From Torpedo marmorata (Eukaryota), in NCBI GenBank assembly GCA_977017645.1, contig OZ360221.1, positions 205,592,001-205,656,000 on the forward strand: DNA of 64,000 bases, given 5' to 3'. The position numbers were made by a program, and so were the translations under genes. The notes under the pieces were generated by a model, which was given only the letters and a program-made list of their open reading frames with translations, was not told the origin of the DNA and did no database searches. Shown here piece after piece: positions 51,386 through 64,000 of the stretch (position 1 is the first letter of the stretch; every line of letters begins with the position of its first letter).

Positions 51386-53031
51386 AATTTTTTTATTTTT
51401 TTTTAATGAAAATTCCTCTGCAGGGTACTGCAGCACAGGATCCATGCCTACCACTTCTGTTCAATACTGAGAGGTGCCACCTTGCCTCTTCTGGGCAATA
51501 ATTATCTTTGCATATCATTAGCTATATAGCATTTAGAACTCCTTTCGATTGCAAAAACATTCCAGATAAATATCTTTCGCAATGAACATTTTGGCTTGCA
51601 TCTCTGCAGCCCAGCATATATTACCACTGGCTAACTGGTAACAATTCTGGCAATCCACACACATTTATGGCACCAAACCCAAAAATTAGTCAACTGACCA
51701 GCTCGCTGAAGGTGAATGATGAGGGGTGGGGGGTCAATGAAAACTATAACCCAGCTGTGCTGGTATCCAGATCAGGATCTAATGGGTCGAAAATAGTTTA
51801 ATAGAAAAGGCTTCCATTGGGTAATTAAGATGATACATGCTTGATGGGAGTTGGATGACAGACAATCCACCATTCTGCTGAAATGAATTCTGAGAGAGTC
51901 ATTGGCAAGGTTCGCATTCAGAAAGTGACATCTTGGACAGGTCCAATCTATTTGATGCTCTGTGTTACAGCTGGATTTACACATTTCCTCCAAATATTAA
52001 ATGTGTCATAGCCAATCCTTTGTAGCTGGCACATGGCCCCACCTATGAGGACCAGTTACACTACAGATGGCATTAAAGTGCCCACGCTAAAGGAGGAAAA
52101 AGGCCAAAAGGTTTTTATGCATGCTTGCCATCTTTCAACCCATTACAGAAAGACATACAAACTTCAGCCTGACAAGGATCAGGTTTAGTTGCAACTACTT
52201 TCATCCTAGCTCCCATGCACTCTGCCAAATCGTAAATGGGCACCACTCATCCCCGAGGAGCAAGCGCAAAGCAAGATTTCCAAGGCTACAGGATCATATC
52301 CAATATTGACTGAGGCAAAAGAATAGATGCAGAAGAAAAGGGTCTTGGGGAGAGGAAATAAAAGTTGTATTACTCCTTTTAGAATATTTACCCCTGCTTC
52401 CCAACCTACTCAAGAAATTAAGTTCAGCACAAATGAAAAGTAGTCACTAATAAGATTGTCAGGATACCAAACTATTTGCAGGACTTAGTATAAACACAAA
52501 GGCTGTAAAATTCAAGCCACAAAATACACCACATGTTATGTGAAGCTAATGAGTACCTCTCTCCATGCATGCATTGCAAGAGAAAAACAACCAAACATAA
52601 CCCACAGCTTGAAAATATTAGAGTGATAAAATGATTGATGTGAAGCAAATACAAAACAGGGACAATAAAATCAAGATGTTCAGCCTGTGCAAGTTCAGGC
52701 AGTTTTAATCAATCTTCTGCTCTCACCTGCAGCCGAGAGAATGCATCATTACATTATTCAATCTAAAATACAAACAAAATAAGTCCATTACAATGCAAGT
52801 GGCTCTGGCTGGGAAAAGCAAAGCTGTGATACCATCAGGGTGCTTGTACTGCAGTCCAATGTGTGCTGCACTAATTGATCTCAGGCAGGACAGCTACAGT
52901 TGCCAACGGACTCAATGTCCCAGGATAGGAAATGAGAAGAAATTGAACGCAGAATCCCTATTCTTTAATAGCTATCCAGACATTTCTACTGAAGCCCAGC
53001 CTGTGCTGACATGAAGACAGGATCATAAATA

Positions 53032-53795
53032 CCGTATATTTCGGCGTATAAGTCGACTCGCGGTTAAGTCAACCCCCCTTTTTCAGCCTAATTTTAATGG
53101 TTTTATTGTATATCCAGCGTATAAGTCGACCCCCAATTTTCAGGCTGTCCGGGCCTCCCAGCAACAACGCAAAATTTGTTACAACACCCCAATCGCCAAG
53201 TAACAAAGCTGTAAATTAAGCAAGTAAAAAAATAAAATAAAAAACCTTTGCTTCTGGCTGGGAAGATGCCAAACGGAGCTGGGTCCAAGTCTTCAGCTGC
53301 AGCCAGAGTCGGCGACGGGCGACTCCATTCTCCACATCGGGTGCGGTGCTGTCCTCATTGAAGAATTCGCCTCGCTGCCCAAGTGTGCTCGGTGCAGGAA
53401 CCACGGCTACGTGTCGGCTCCCGGGCAGGAGCGGCGACCTCGTTCTCCCGGGCAGGAGCGGCGACCTCGTTCTCCCGGGCAGGAGCGGCGACCTCAGGCT
53501 CTACAATTGTAGAATATCTGGGTGGTTTATGGCGGCGCCCGGCGGTGGGGAGGTGTCAGGGAGCGGCGGCAGGGAGGTGCTTCCAGCGTCGACCTATACG
53601 CCGAATCGGGTTTTCAAGGGTCAACTTATACGCCGAATCGGGTTTTCAAGGGTCAACTTATACGCCGAATCGGCGTGGAGTAGTTTTTGAGCTGATTTTA
53701 AGGTCTCAAAAGTATATCTGGCGTATAAGTCGACCCCCATTATTTGAGAGATTTTTGAGGGTTTCAAGACTCGACTTATACGCCGAAATATACGG
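53032..53795. mobile_element. Tc1/mariner superfamily (Tc2/pogo-like) MITE, young
   Basis: Perfect 25-bp TIR CCGTATATTTCGGCGTATAAGTCGA with TA on both sides (53030-31, 53796-97). Internal copies of gcgtataagtcgacccc, a 27-bp x3 repeat (53418-53495) and a 32-bp repeat (53595-53672). Confidence 0.95.
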
Positions 53796-54749
53796 TAATT
53801 GCAAACTTCCCGTTTGATAAAACTTGCAAGATGTAAAATATGTAGAGTTGTATCTTCAGCAAAGCTCCTTGGAACATTTTACTTCATTGAAAGATGCTGT
53901 CAAAACGCAATTTATCATTGCGCTCAAGCTTCTCCACAATGGCTAACTCCAATTTATCTATCTATTTATTTATTTATTTTTAAAGAACTTTTATTGTAAT
54001 TATATTCCCACAAGTAAAATAAATACTTAGCCAGCACGTTAGAGAAGTATGTTCTAACCACCTGGTGCAGTCTAAGCTCAAAGCACAGTCTTATTGCTTA
54101 CTTACTTAGGGTACCCATGAATCAAATGAGCCTACAGATTTTGAAAGGGTTGTTACCATAAGTAATGCCAAATGACATTAACCATATTTGTCTTTCCACA
54201 AAAGCTTTCTAACCTGCCAAATATTTCTGACATTTTATGTTTTTATTTCAGGTTTCAATCATCTGCAGTTTTTTTTGATTTTCCACAAATTTAACGTTGA
54301 TAACAGCAAATGCAGGAGAAAGCCCTTGAATGCAGCTTCGTACAATAGATCCTTCCTCATCTCTGGAGCACTACACGCAGCCAAGTTTGAAAGTGATCGA
54401 CATACCTCAAAATGAATGCTATACTGCAATGGGTGGTGCCACACTTGCAATTTTAACACTGGAGCGTGGTCTCATACAGACTTCACAGGATGTACTCTAA
54501 AGAATGCTCTTGGGAGCCCTTTGTGAAACTAATTAGGAGGCCTCAGTCTCAACTGTGTAGAGCAGGGGATGGCAGGAAAGGGCAAAAGGGTAAAAAACTC
54601 TGTGACAGTCAGGAGGCATTCGTTTCTTCTGCCTCCACCTCACCATGCACCTTCCCCACACTTCCTTCGGCGTTCATTTAAAACCCAAGTCATCAGGAGT
54701 GGGAAAAGGGATGCAAACTCATCAACCTGAAACATCAAAGAAGTAAAAC

Positions 54750-54820
54750 ATGAAAATCTGTAGACACCGTGGTTGAAGTAAAAAACACAAATGCTGGAGA
54801 AACTCAGCAGGTCAAACAGT
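54750..54820 (-). mobile_element. Penelope-like terminal fragment
   Basis: Near-identical to 41610-41678. Confidence 0.75.
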
Positions 54821-55989
54821 TGAAACATCAACTGCTTCTCCTGCCACAGACGCTGCTGAAACTGGTGACCAATTCTGGTATCATTACCTTGCTTTCGCGA
54901 TCACTCCCATGCGATTAGCAGCAGGGAAGCACCAACCATGATCGCAAGTGGAAATGCAAAACAATTCCTCTCCTAGCTGGGAGAAAACAACAAGACACCG
55001 ACTGAGGCGACCCCCGCTGCTGTTGCTGGTCTCACGCTTCTCACCTCTGGGAATCTAACAGTACAAAATATCAAGGGTCGAGGAAGGCTGCCTTAAGAAA
55101 TCCACAGTGAATCACACGTTTATACCATAGAAATACCAGGACTGAATAATTTTGCCACAGGCACAGTTGCAAGCACAGGGACTTCAAATCCTGCTCAGGA
55201 GACAGGTAATAAGTTACATCTCTACCCCATCTCAACATTCCAAGTTCAATCAAGCCACTGAAGACCTGTAATTGCATTTTATTTTATAAAAGAAAAAAAT
55301 CAAAAGCACATCAGGTGCAACAGTCAACACCAGAATTATCAGAACACAAGGGTCTCATCCAAAATAGCATTAACTATTTTGCTGGAAGGGATCTAAACTC
55401 CAACTTGTTAAAGAAGCAGCTAAAGTTTCTCACATTTTCTGAGATACTGGTAATTAAAGAATCGCTGAATACCCATTGTATTGAGAGATTATAGCAGCAC
55501 CTGAAGTTAGGTCAGCAATGGCTTTACTATCTCTTCTCAAACTGCTGCTTCACGTGCTCTGCAGCATTTTCTGCTTCATTCTTTTTCCATTCAAACAGCA
55601 CGGAAGCAGAGGCAAGCTGGAACACTGCATCCATCACCTGACAGCAGAAACAGCAACAGAATGAACCCTCACTCATCACGATGCATTTCAAGTTTCAAGG
55701 ATTTCTTCCCGTGGTATGTGTAGGTTCATGAAAGTGGGGGGTGGGGGGGGGTAGATGGGCTGGGGAAGTGATAGGGACTGTGGCAAATCCAAAATGGGTG
55801 CCTTGGATTCTTTGTTTCCAGCTCTTGGGTTCTTAAAAATTAAAATGTTATTTGGGTGATGGTCTAACAAAATAAATCCTTGAGGATAAAAAAAAAAAGA
55901 CACTTTCTCTGTGGGAAAATTGCAACAAATCTACAACACAAATTACCTTTTTGCCCACTTTGCTCTCACCAGCCAAATAAACCACCCAA

Positions 55990-56125
55990 CCTAAATCTTT
56001 GAGCACCTCCAGACACCTTTTAAACATGAGGGTTTCTACCTCTCTGGGCTGTGAGTTCCAGAAACTCACTACCCTCTGGGCAAAAATTAATCTCAATCCT
56101 GCTGCCAATTACTTAAATCTAATCC
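55990..56125 (-). mobile_element. CR1-like 3' fragment
   Basis: Minus ORF IFAQRVVSFWNSQPREVE. Confidence 0.65.
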
Positions 56126-57689
56126 CCCAGGCCTGTTTGGTGGCTCTTGCGTCATTGCTAAAACAGATCCAATAAAAAATAGTTTTTCTATTTAACAAGC
56201 AATTTGAGTTCCACAATCCTTAGGACAGGAAAACGGTGTTATCTACCAGTCAAGAATAGGTGTCCTGCATCAAAGGATTTTTGAAGAGGTTGTGACCCGA
56301 ACCCCACATTACGCACCAAATAAGAAAACACAAGGAATATTTTTGTAACTTAGCAATTTTTTTTTAAACCTGCAGAGGTAAAAGGAGGCTAAGGATTTGC
56401 AGTGTTAGATTGTAATTAGGCGTGCTATATCTTGTTCGGCATTAATCCTTCAGGATCGGTCCATATCGGTAAAAATGCAAGAGTGGGGAAATTTGCTCAT
56501 TGTTCTACAGCTCCATTGATGCAGAAGAAGCCAAGGTGTGGAAGAAATAGGACCAGGGAACCCCACTTGCTCACCCTTCCCAAGAAACTTGCACAAAGAG
56601 TAAATTTTGTTCCACTGAAGCAAAGACAAAAGATGAAAATCTCTTAAAAATCTCCCACAAAATGTAGACAACGCCTTCACAACCTCATGATATTCTAACG
56701 TGCTTTCTAACATACTGAGCAACTTAACAATGAGGGAAAGAATGTTGAAATATAACTACAAACACATTTTTGATGGTGGGATATCTATAGCAAAATGTAC
56801 AATCCGAAACACATAGAACTGTTACAGTACAAAACATTATATCCCAGGCCCTTTAGAACCACAAGTTCCATACTGACATGCCTTTCTTTGTTCCAAGAAG
56901 GATGTTATAGTGACTAAGCAGATAAGACTGATTAGGTAGGCAAGGTGCTGCCCAAAAACATCACGCTGCAATCTAGATTTACCATATTATATTTACACAC
57001 CAATGAGCTGATTACACCACAGCACAAAAATTTATATTCATAACTTATTCATTACATTAAATTTGGCAAACATTATGCCAAAATCTCTTCTTGACCTTGT
57101 GTTCCTGAAAAATTGTACAGTTGCATAATAGCAAGTGTGTGAGAGAGAGCGCGTGCGGGGGGTGGGGGGGGTTGGGAGACGGAGCGCGAAAGAGAAAAAT
57201 TTAATTGATAGAAGGGAGGACATGGTTAATTCCTTTCACAATGTTTTTGCATATATTCTGAACTTCATGAGGTATTTTTATTGCATAAGCCGTTATCCCA
57301 AAACAGCTCAACAAATGAGAAAACTTTGTTCTGAGTCTGAGCACAAGTTCTCCCACTGGAAGAACAAAATGACAGCTGCCTCCTCCCTGATAGGGAACCC
57401 AGAACTATAGCAATGTACCTCACCCAGAACAGGCAGGGTGCCAAACCATATATTACACTGTGATGAGTCAACAAAATTTAACCACATGCCAACTCGTATG
57501 TGATCTTAAGAAAAGGGAGGGTCCTTAAACCCAATGAAAATTAGTTTACAACATGATCAGTCAGGCATATTTTTATCGTAGCTGTCGAGTTCAAATGTTG
57601 ACCTTAATTTCAAAATGGTGTCCATAAAGTTTAGGTTGATTTAACAAGAAAAAAAGACCAAGTACTGTTTTCATTGGCCTTATGGATAC

Positions 57690-58113
57690 TGGGAAGAGAT
57701 TGTATACACTGGAATTTAGAAGGATGAGAGGGGATCTGATTGAAACATATGATTATTAAGGGATTGGACACACTAGAGGAAGGAAGCATGTTCCCGATGT
57801 TGGGAGAGTCAAAAACCAGAGGCCACAGTTTAAGAATAAGGGGTAGGCCATTTAGAACGGAGTTGAGAAAAAACTTTTTCACCCAGAGAGTTGTGGATCT
57901 GTGGAATGCTCTGCCTCAGAAGGCAGTGGAGGCCAATTCTCTGGATGCTTTCAAGAAAGAGTTAGATAGAGCTCTTAAAGATAGTGGAGTCAAGGGATAA
58001 TGGGGAGAAGGCAGGAACGGGGTACTGATAGCGGATGATCAGCCATGTTCACAGTGAATGGCGGTGCTGGCTCAAAGGGCCGAATGGTCTACTCCTGCAC
58101 CTATTGTCCATTG
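57690..58113 (+). mobile_element. CR1-like 3' end (young family)
   Basis: YTLEFRRMRGDLIETY / IIKGLD...TRGHSLRIRG...FFTQRVVDLWNALP; tail ctactcctgcacctattg. Confidence 0.96.
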
Positions 58114-58724
58114 AGATCAAGGTTATTCTGTTTAAAGTTAGAGCCACAACATGGAACCTCTTCTCTGTAGCCTATAGCCTAATTTCTTTTAAAGACATAT
58201 TTGCCTCAAGATCAAGATCAAAACTGTACTCATATTGTACTCTGAATGCTCCATCACTTTGCTTCAACTAATTCATTTCAAACACGTTTCACTTCCCAGT
58301 GCTGCCTGGGAAGCTTTTAAATCTACAACTCATTCATTTCCATCCTCTGCTTTTAATTTCCTAGGTTGCTTTGAAGTAATTTTGGATTGTCTACAAAGAG
58401 TACTCTCCTCTTCCACTCCGCCAGCTGAATCCTTCGCAACTTCAGACTCCTTTCTGAATGAACAACTCCATAGGCACCAGTCGAACTACAACTACTCACG
58501 ATCATCTTGGGTGCAAATGTCAGGATAACACAGCATGCAACCGCATCACATATACAAGAACATAAGAAACGGGAGACACACAGGAGACAGCAGAGGCTGG
58601 AATCTGAATACAAAAACAATGGCTGACATTTTGAGCCGAAACTCTTTATTGAGAGTGGGGAAATGTAGAAGAAAAGCTAGTTTAAAGAGGACAGGGTGGG
58701 ACAGGGGCCCCATTTGATATCCTT

Positions 58725-59530
58725 GAAAAAAATGGCAGCACTGCCGGAGCTGCCGTGGAGAGCGGAGACACAGCGCTCCCGTGGGGTCCAACCGGCCAGT
58801 CCGACTGCCGTCAGCTCCGCACAGGCTTTGAATGGCCCTTTAAAGGAGCCGACGGTAGTTTTATTTAAAATCCCACGACCACATGGTCTGCACCCAAGAT
58901 GGCAGCGCCTATGATCGGCAGCATCCACGACGAATTGCAGACTTCAGGGAAGCAGAGGACTGGCACAGGGCACCAGAAAACGAGGAGACCACCCACCCCA
59001 CTCCCCCCCCCCCTCCCCCGGTCTGAGAAGGAGAGGCAGAGGAGATGACCCACGGTGGCGGACCAGTGAGTGGTTCTGTGGCTGAAGGAACCACAGGTGG
59101 TGGGCTGCTGGTGACTCAAGGCAAGGAATCCACGGAGGCTGTGCGCTGCTGGAGACTGCGGTCAAGGGACTCGCACCAGGCTGCAGACTGCTGGAGACTG
59201 GCTCAAAACTGGCTGAAGGGGTACCGGGTATCAGAACCGGGATGCGAGAGGATGCCGAGGACGCTGAAGGGCTCCTAATCGTATTGTTGGTTCGGATCTG
59301 GAGCTCGGGTTGCCGATGGTTTGGACTGGACTCTGTGCGGCTGTGGAGATTGTGAATCCACGGACACTCGGTGACTCTGGGGGAACTCTCTTTTGCTTCT
59401 TTCTCTGACTGTAAGAGGCGCTTCAGGCAATTTCTGCCTATGGTGAATCTGTCAGCCTTATAGCAGACAAAAGCAATTTTGTGTAATTTGACACTGTTTT
59501 TATTACATTACAATAAATTGAATCTTGAAT
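58725..59530 (+). mobile_element. Probable non-autonomous non-LTR retroposon (GC-rich head, Rex1-type tail)
   Basis: aa(a/g)atggcagc motifs at ~58728 and ~58896, no recognisable protein, and an end acaataaattgaatcttgaat like Rex1 tails. Confidence 0.5.
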
Positions 59531-59534
59531 GTGG

Positions 59535-60262
59535 GATTGGAGAACCAGGTTGGTCTCATCTGCAACAATGATGAGTTGGTTGCTTAGTGGTGCAAGAACT
59601 TCAGGGGGACGAAGGACCACTCCCCACTATATATCAATGGCTCCGACGTAGAGAGAGTGGGGAGCACAAAGTTTCTTGGCTCCATTTATCCTGGACCCAC
59701 AACAACTCCTCATTAGGCAGGAAGGGGCTGCAGCACCTACACTTCCTAAGGAGATTGAGGAGGGCACGGCTACCAGCCACCATCCTAACAACATTGTACA
59801 AGAGCATATTAGTGTGTGTCCCGGCTAGCTGCATCATACTGTGGTATGGAAGCTACAAAGCATCAGATCAGATATGGAAGTTGATAAAAACTGCTGAGAA
59901 GATCACTGTGGTCTCCCTTCCCTCTATCAATTACAGGGAGTGGTGCTTAAAGAGGGCTCAAAGAATCATTGAGGACTCTTACCATCCAGCCCGCAGTATC
60001 TTTGACACTCATTTTAAGGAAGAGGCATAGGAGCATTAAAAACCAGGACTGCCATGCTGGGAATCAGCTTATTCCCACAGGTGGTGAGACTGTTGAACAA
60101 CTCGAGAAACCCGCAAATTATATTTTTATATACATTTTGATTCGCTGTGTATATATGTCATTTGTGTGTAGGGTGTACTGTGTGCGTGCTCTATGGTCCA
60201 GAGGTGTGCTGTTTCGTCAGGTGGTATATCTATATGTACAATCAATGACAATAAACTTGATC
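59535..60262 (+). mobile_element. Rex1/Babar-like 3' portion, degenerate
   Basis: QHLHFLRRLRRARLPATILTTLYKS..CIILWYG; tail gacaataaacttga; related to the 17855-19690 copy. Confidence 0.9.
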
Positions 60263-61494
60263 TAGAGATGAAACACGGCAGAAAGAGTTAGTGAATTGGC
60301 AGATACCTGACAAAGGGAGAGAGAGGCAAGATAAATGGGTCAGATGAAGGAAGGTAGGTCACACAGGGTGGAGTTGTTTGATTATGACAAAGACTGCCAG
60401 TACTGGAATCTGATTAAGAGAAGGTGAGAATGGTGCTATAAATAGAGATCAGATAGAGCTGAAAGGGGGAGGGGAGGGGGAAAAGAGAGCAGTAGAATCC
60501 AGTGGGTAGATGGAGGTGGGAGGCAGATGGAACCAAAGAGGGAGCTAGAATGGGTGGAGGTGGTTGGGAAAAGGGATAAAAAGGGAGGGTAAAAGGGAAC
60601 AGAAGAGGTGCAGAAGACTCCTAACCCAAAATTAGAAAAATCTTCATTCTACCACTGGACTGCAGGCTGACCAGGCGGAACACAATGTGTTGTTCCTCAC
60701 TCTGGCAGTGAAGGAGGCCCAGAAGAGACAGGTCGGTGTGGGAATGGGAAGGAGAGTTGACATTCAAACAAGCTCAGACTCAGCCATCGCAGTAGATGCT
60801 TCGCGAAATGGTCGCTAAGTCTGCACTTGGTCTCATCAATGCAGAGGCTACACCAGGAGCACCGAATGCAGATGACGTTAAAGGTGCACGTGAATCTTTA
60901 CCTCATGTGGACGGGCTGTTTGGGTCCTGAGATAACAGGGAGGGAGGAGATGTACGAGCAAGTTTAGCAGTACCTGCGGTTGCAGGGGAAAGTACCAGGA
61001 GTCATGAAGAGGTGCGCGGGGAGGGACGAGCAGACAAGGGAGTCACGGAGGAAGCGATCACTGCGGAAAGGGGTAGATGTATCTGCTGGTGGGGTCTAGC
61101 GGCAGTGGGTGGAAATGGCGGAGAATGATGTGCTGAACATGGAGGTTAGTGGAGTGAAAGGAGAGGACCAGAGGAACCCTATCCCTGATCTGGTTGGAGG
61201 GAGTGGGGTTAAGAGCAGGACTCCAAGACAAAGAGGAAATGCAGGAGATCGCTCTATTGGTCACAACAGAGGGGAAGTCACGTTACTTGAAAAAGCATGT
61301 GAAGTATTAATATTGAATAATATTCATTAGTCCAGCAACACCAATGTCTTGAGCATGTTGGATTATAGCAGTGTTACTGCATATCTTTCTTTACATTAGG
61401 AAAATCGAACAACAGAGTACCTTGATTTTATGCAAAACTACCTCAAAGGCCAATATTATGTTTGTTTCCCCAATTACTTTTGCATCTACACTAC

Positions 61495-63100
61495 AACAAT
61501 AAACAATAGGTGCAGGAGTAGGCCATTCGGCCCTTAGAGCCAGCACCGCCCTTCACTGTGATCATGGCTGATCATCCACTATCAGTACCCCGTTCCTGCC
61601 TTCTCCCCATATCCCTTGACTCCGCTATCTTTAAGAGCTCTATCTAACTCTTTCTTGAAAGCATCCAGAGAATTAATTGGCCTCCACTGCCTTCTGAGGC
61701 AGAGCATTCCACAGATCCACAACTCTCTGGGTGAAAAGGTTTTTCCTCAACTCCGTTCTAAATGGCCTACCCCTTATTCTTAAACTGTGGCCTCTGGTTC
61801 TTGACTCTCCCAACATCGGGAACATGTTTCCTTCCTCTAGTGTGTCCAATCTCTTAATAATCATATGTTTCAATCAGATCCCCTCTCATCCTTCTAAATT
61901 CCAGTGTATACAAGCCCAATCGCTCCAATCTTTCAACATATGACAGTCCCGCCATCCCAAGAATCAGCCTCGTGAACCTACGCTGCATTCCCTCAATAGC
62001 AAGAATGTCCTTCCTCAAACCTGGAGACCAAAACTGCACACAATACTCCAGGTGTGGTCTCACCAGGGCCCTGTACAATTGCAGAAGGACCTCCCTGCTC
62101 CTATACTCAACTCCCCTTGTTATGAAGGCCAACATGCCATTAGCTTTCTTCACTGCCTGCTGTACCGGCATGCTTACATTCATTGACTGATGAACAAGGA
62201 CACCTAGATCTTGTTGTACTTCCCCTTTTCCTAACTTGACACCATTCAGATAGTCATCTGCCTCCCTGTTCTTGCCACCAAAGTGGATAACCTCACATTT
62301 ATCAACATTAAACTGCATCTGCCATGCATCTTCCCACTCACATCCTCCTCACATTTCACACAGCCACCCAGCTTCCTGTCATCTGCAAATTTGCTAATAT
62401 TACTTTTAATCCCTTCATCTAAATCATTAATGTATATTGTAAACAGCTGCGGTCCCAGCACCGAGCCTTGTGGTACCCCACTAGTCACTGCCTGCCATTC
62501 TGAAAGGGACCTGTTTATCCCTACTCTTTGTTTCCTATCTGCCAACCAATTTTCTGTCCATGTCAGTACCCTACCCCCAATACCATGTGCTCTAATTTTG
62601 CCCACTAATCTCCTATGTGGGACCTTATCAAAGGCTTTCTGAAAGTCCAGGTACACTACATCAACTGGCTCTCCCTTGTCCATTTTCCTAGTTACATCCT
62701 CAAAAAGCATGATTTCCCCTTTGTAAATCCATGCTGACTCGGACCGATCCTGTTACTGCTATCCAAATGTGCCGGTATTTCATCTTTTATAATTGACTCC
62801 AGCATCTTCCCCACTACTGATGTCAGGCTAACTGGTCTATAATTCCGTGTTTTCTCTCTCCCTCCTTTCTTAAAAAGTGGGATAACATTAGCTACCCTCC
62901 AATCCGCAGGAACTGATCCTGAATCTATAGAACATTGGAAAATGATTACCAATGCGTCCACGATTTCTGGAGCCACCTCCTTAAGTACCCTGGGATGCAG
63001 ACCATCAGGCCCTGGGGATTTATCAGCCATCAGTCTACCCATTTTCTGCCTAATGTGAATTTCCTTCAGTTCCTCCGTTACCCAAGGTCCTCTGTCCACT
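61495..63100 (-). mobile_element. 5'-truncated CR1-like LINE (young family, several small deletions)
   Basis: KSPGPDGLHPRVLKE...NYRPVSLTSVVGK, YLDFQKAFDKVPH...GVPQGSVLGP...KFADD and LVRPHLEYCVQFWSP; same 3' end as 57690-58113. Confidence 0.97.
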
Positions 63101-63292
63101 ATTACAATCTCTCCAGTGCACCCAAATTTCTTTGAATTTCAATGTAAGTATTATTCTACTTTTCTATTCTTCCTCCCAATTTGGATCATCTTATATTTTC
63201 CTCCTTTATACTCTCTGCCTGTCCTTTGTTTGTCACTCACTAAACTTTGCAGACACTTAGGTCTGGAAAACAGTGTCTTTCCTTTTGGGATT

Positions 63293-63780
63293 GTAAACTT
63301 CTACTGGTGTACCGTGGAGAGCATTCTGGCTGGTTGCATCACTGCCTGGTATGGTGGCGCCAACTCCCAGGACAAGAGTAAACTCCAGAAGGTTGTTAAC
63401 TCGGCCTGTGACATCACAGGCACCAAACTTCACTCCACCGAGGACATCTACATGAGGCGGTGTCTTAAAAAAGCAGCCTCTATCCTCAAAGACCCCCACC
63501 ACCCAGGCCATGCCCTCTTCACTCTGCTTCCATCGGGGAAAAGGTACAGGAGCCTAAAGACGAGCACTCAACGGCACAGGGACAGCTTCTTCCCCGCTGC
63601 CATCAGATTCCTGAATAATCAATGAACCAAAGACACTGCCTTACTTTTCGTGCACTATTGTTTATAATTTTTTATAGTAATATCGTTAGAATGGTTAATA
63701 TGAATGTTAATTGCACTATGATGCTGCCGCAAAACACCGAATTTCATGACTTGTTCATGACAATAAATTCTGATTCTGAT
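63293..63780 (+). mobile_element. Rex1/Babar-like 3' end, same young family as 10722-12115
   Basis: Near-identical to 11641-12115 (VNFY.CTVESILAGCITAW...AIRFLNNQ); (tctgat)n tail. Confidence 0.96.
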
Positions 63781-64000
63781 TGCAGTCTGGATGGAGTCTC
63801 AAAGGCTGAGTGTTGTTGGGTCTCCTTGTGTAATACGGTGTTGAAACCCAATATTTATTAATACCCTGTTGCTGGGTAACAAGGTACAGTTGTCAGAATA
63901 GGGGGGGGATTATATTTTCTCCTTTCCAATGCACTAATTCTTGGAAATGTATCATAAGTTCCATTCACCATCTCTTAAGCCTGGAGTCCTGGCATTCATC

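Larger units (their letters stand above)
58570..61297 (-). mobile_element. Penelope-like element split by a nested insertion at ~58720-60262
   Basis: Terminal motif at 58570-58710; purine-rich UTR 60265-60620; coding remnants 60630-61297 (RVPLVLSFHSTNLHVQHIILRHF, GTFPCNR, CIRCSWCSLCIDETK.RLSDHFAKH). Confidence 0.75.

Noticed and set aside
46997-54982. Identical 14-mer ctcctagctgggag at ~46997 and ~54969
   Set aside because: A few 14-mer matches are expected by chance in 64 kb, and the flanks do not align.

Overview
Repeat-rich, apparently non-coding vertebrate DNA. The repeat set (CR1/HER1-like LINEs, tRNA-headed V-SINEs with CR1-like tails, Penelope-like GIY-YIG elements, Rex1/Babar, L1, L2) is typical of a cartilaginous fish (inference). 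I found no credible host protein-coding exon; every recognisable ORF is a broken transposon fragment or a repeat artefact, so the window is probably a long intron or intergenic region. Most notable: (1) the same GC-rich internal cargo sits inside two MITEs with different superfamily termini (hAT at 4.7-5.2 kb, Tc2-like at 53.0-53.8 kb), and a third hAT element contains a Tc2-like end; (2) a 37-bp minisatellite with a 111-bp higher-order period grown from a CR1 3' end; (3) a Chapaev3-like element; (4) templated filler insertions; (5) Penelope-derived fold-back elements; (6) two inverted CR1 copies sharing one frameshift; (7) a candidate PBX-HOX/MEIS enhancer. Family names come from motif recognition only, with no database search, and most boundaries are approximate.
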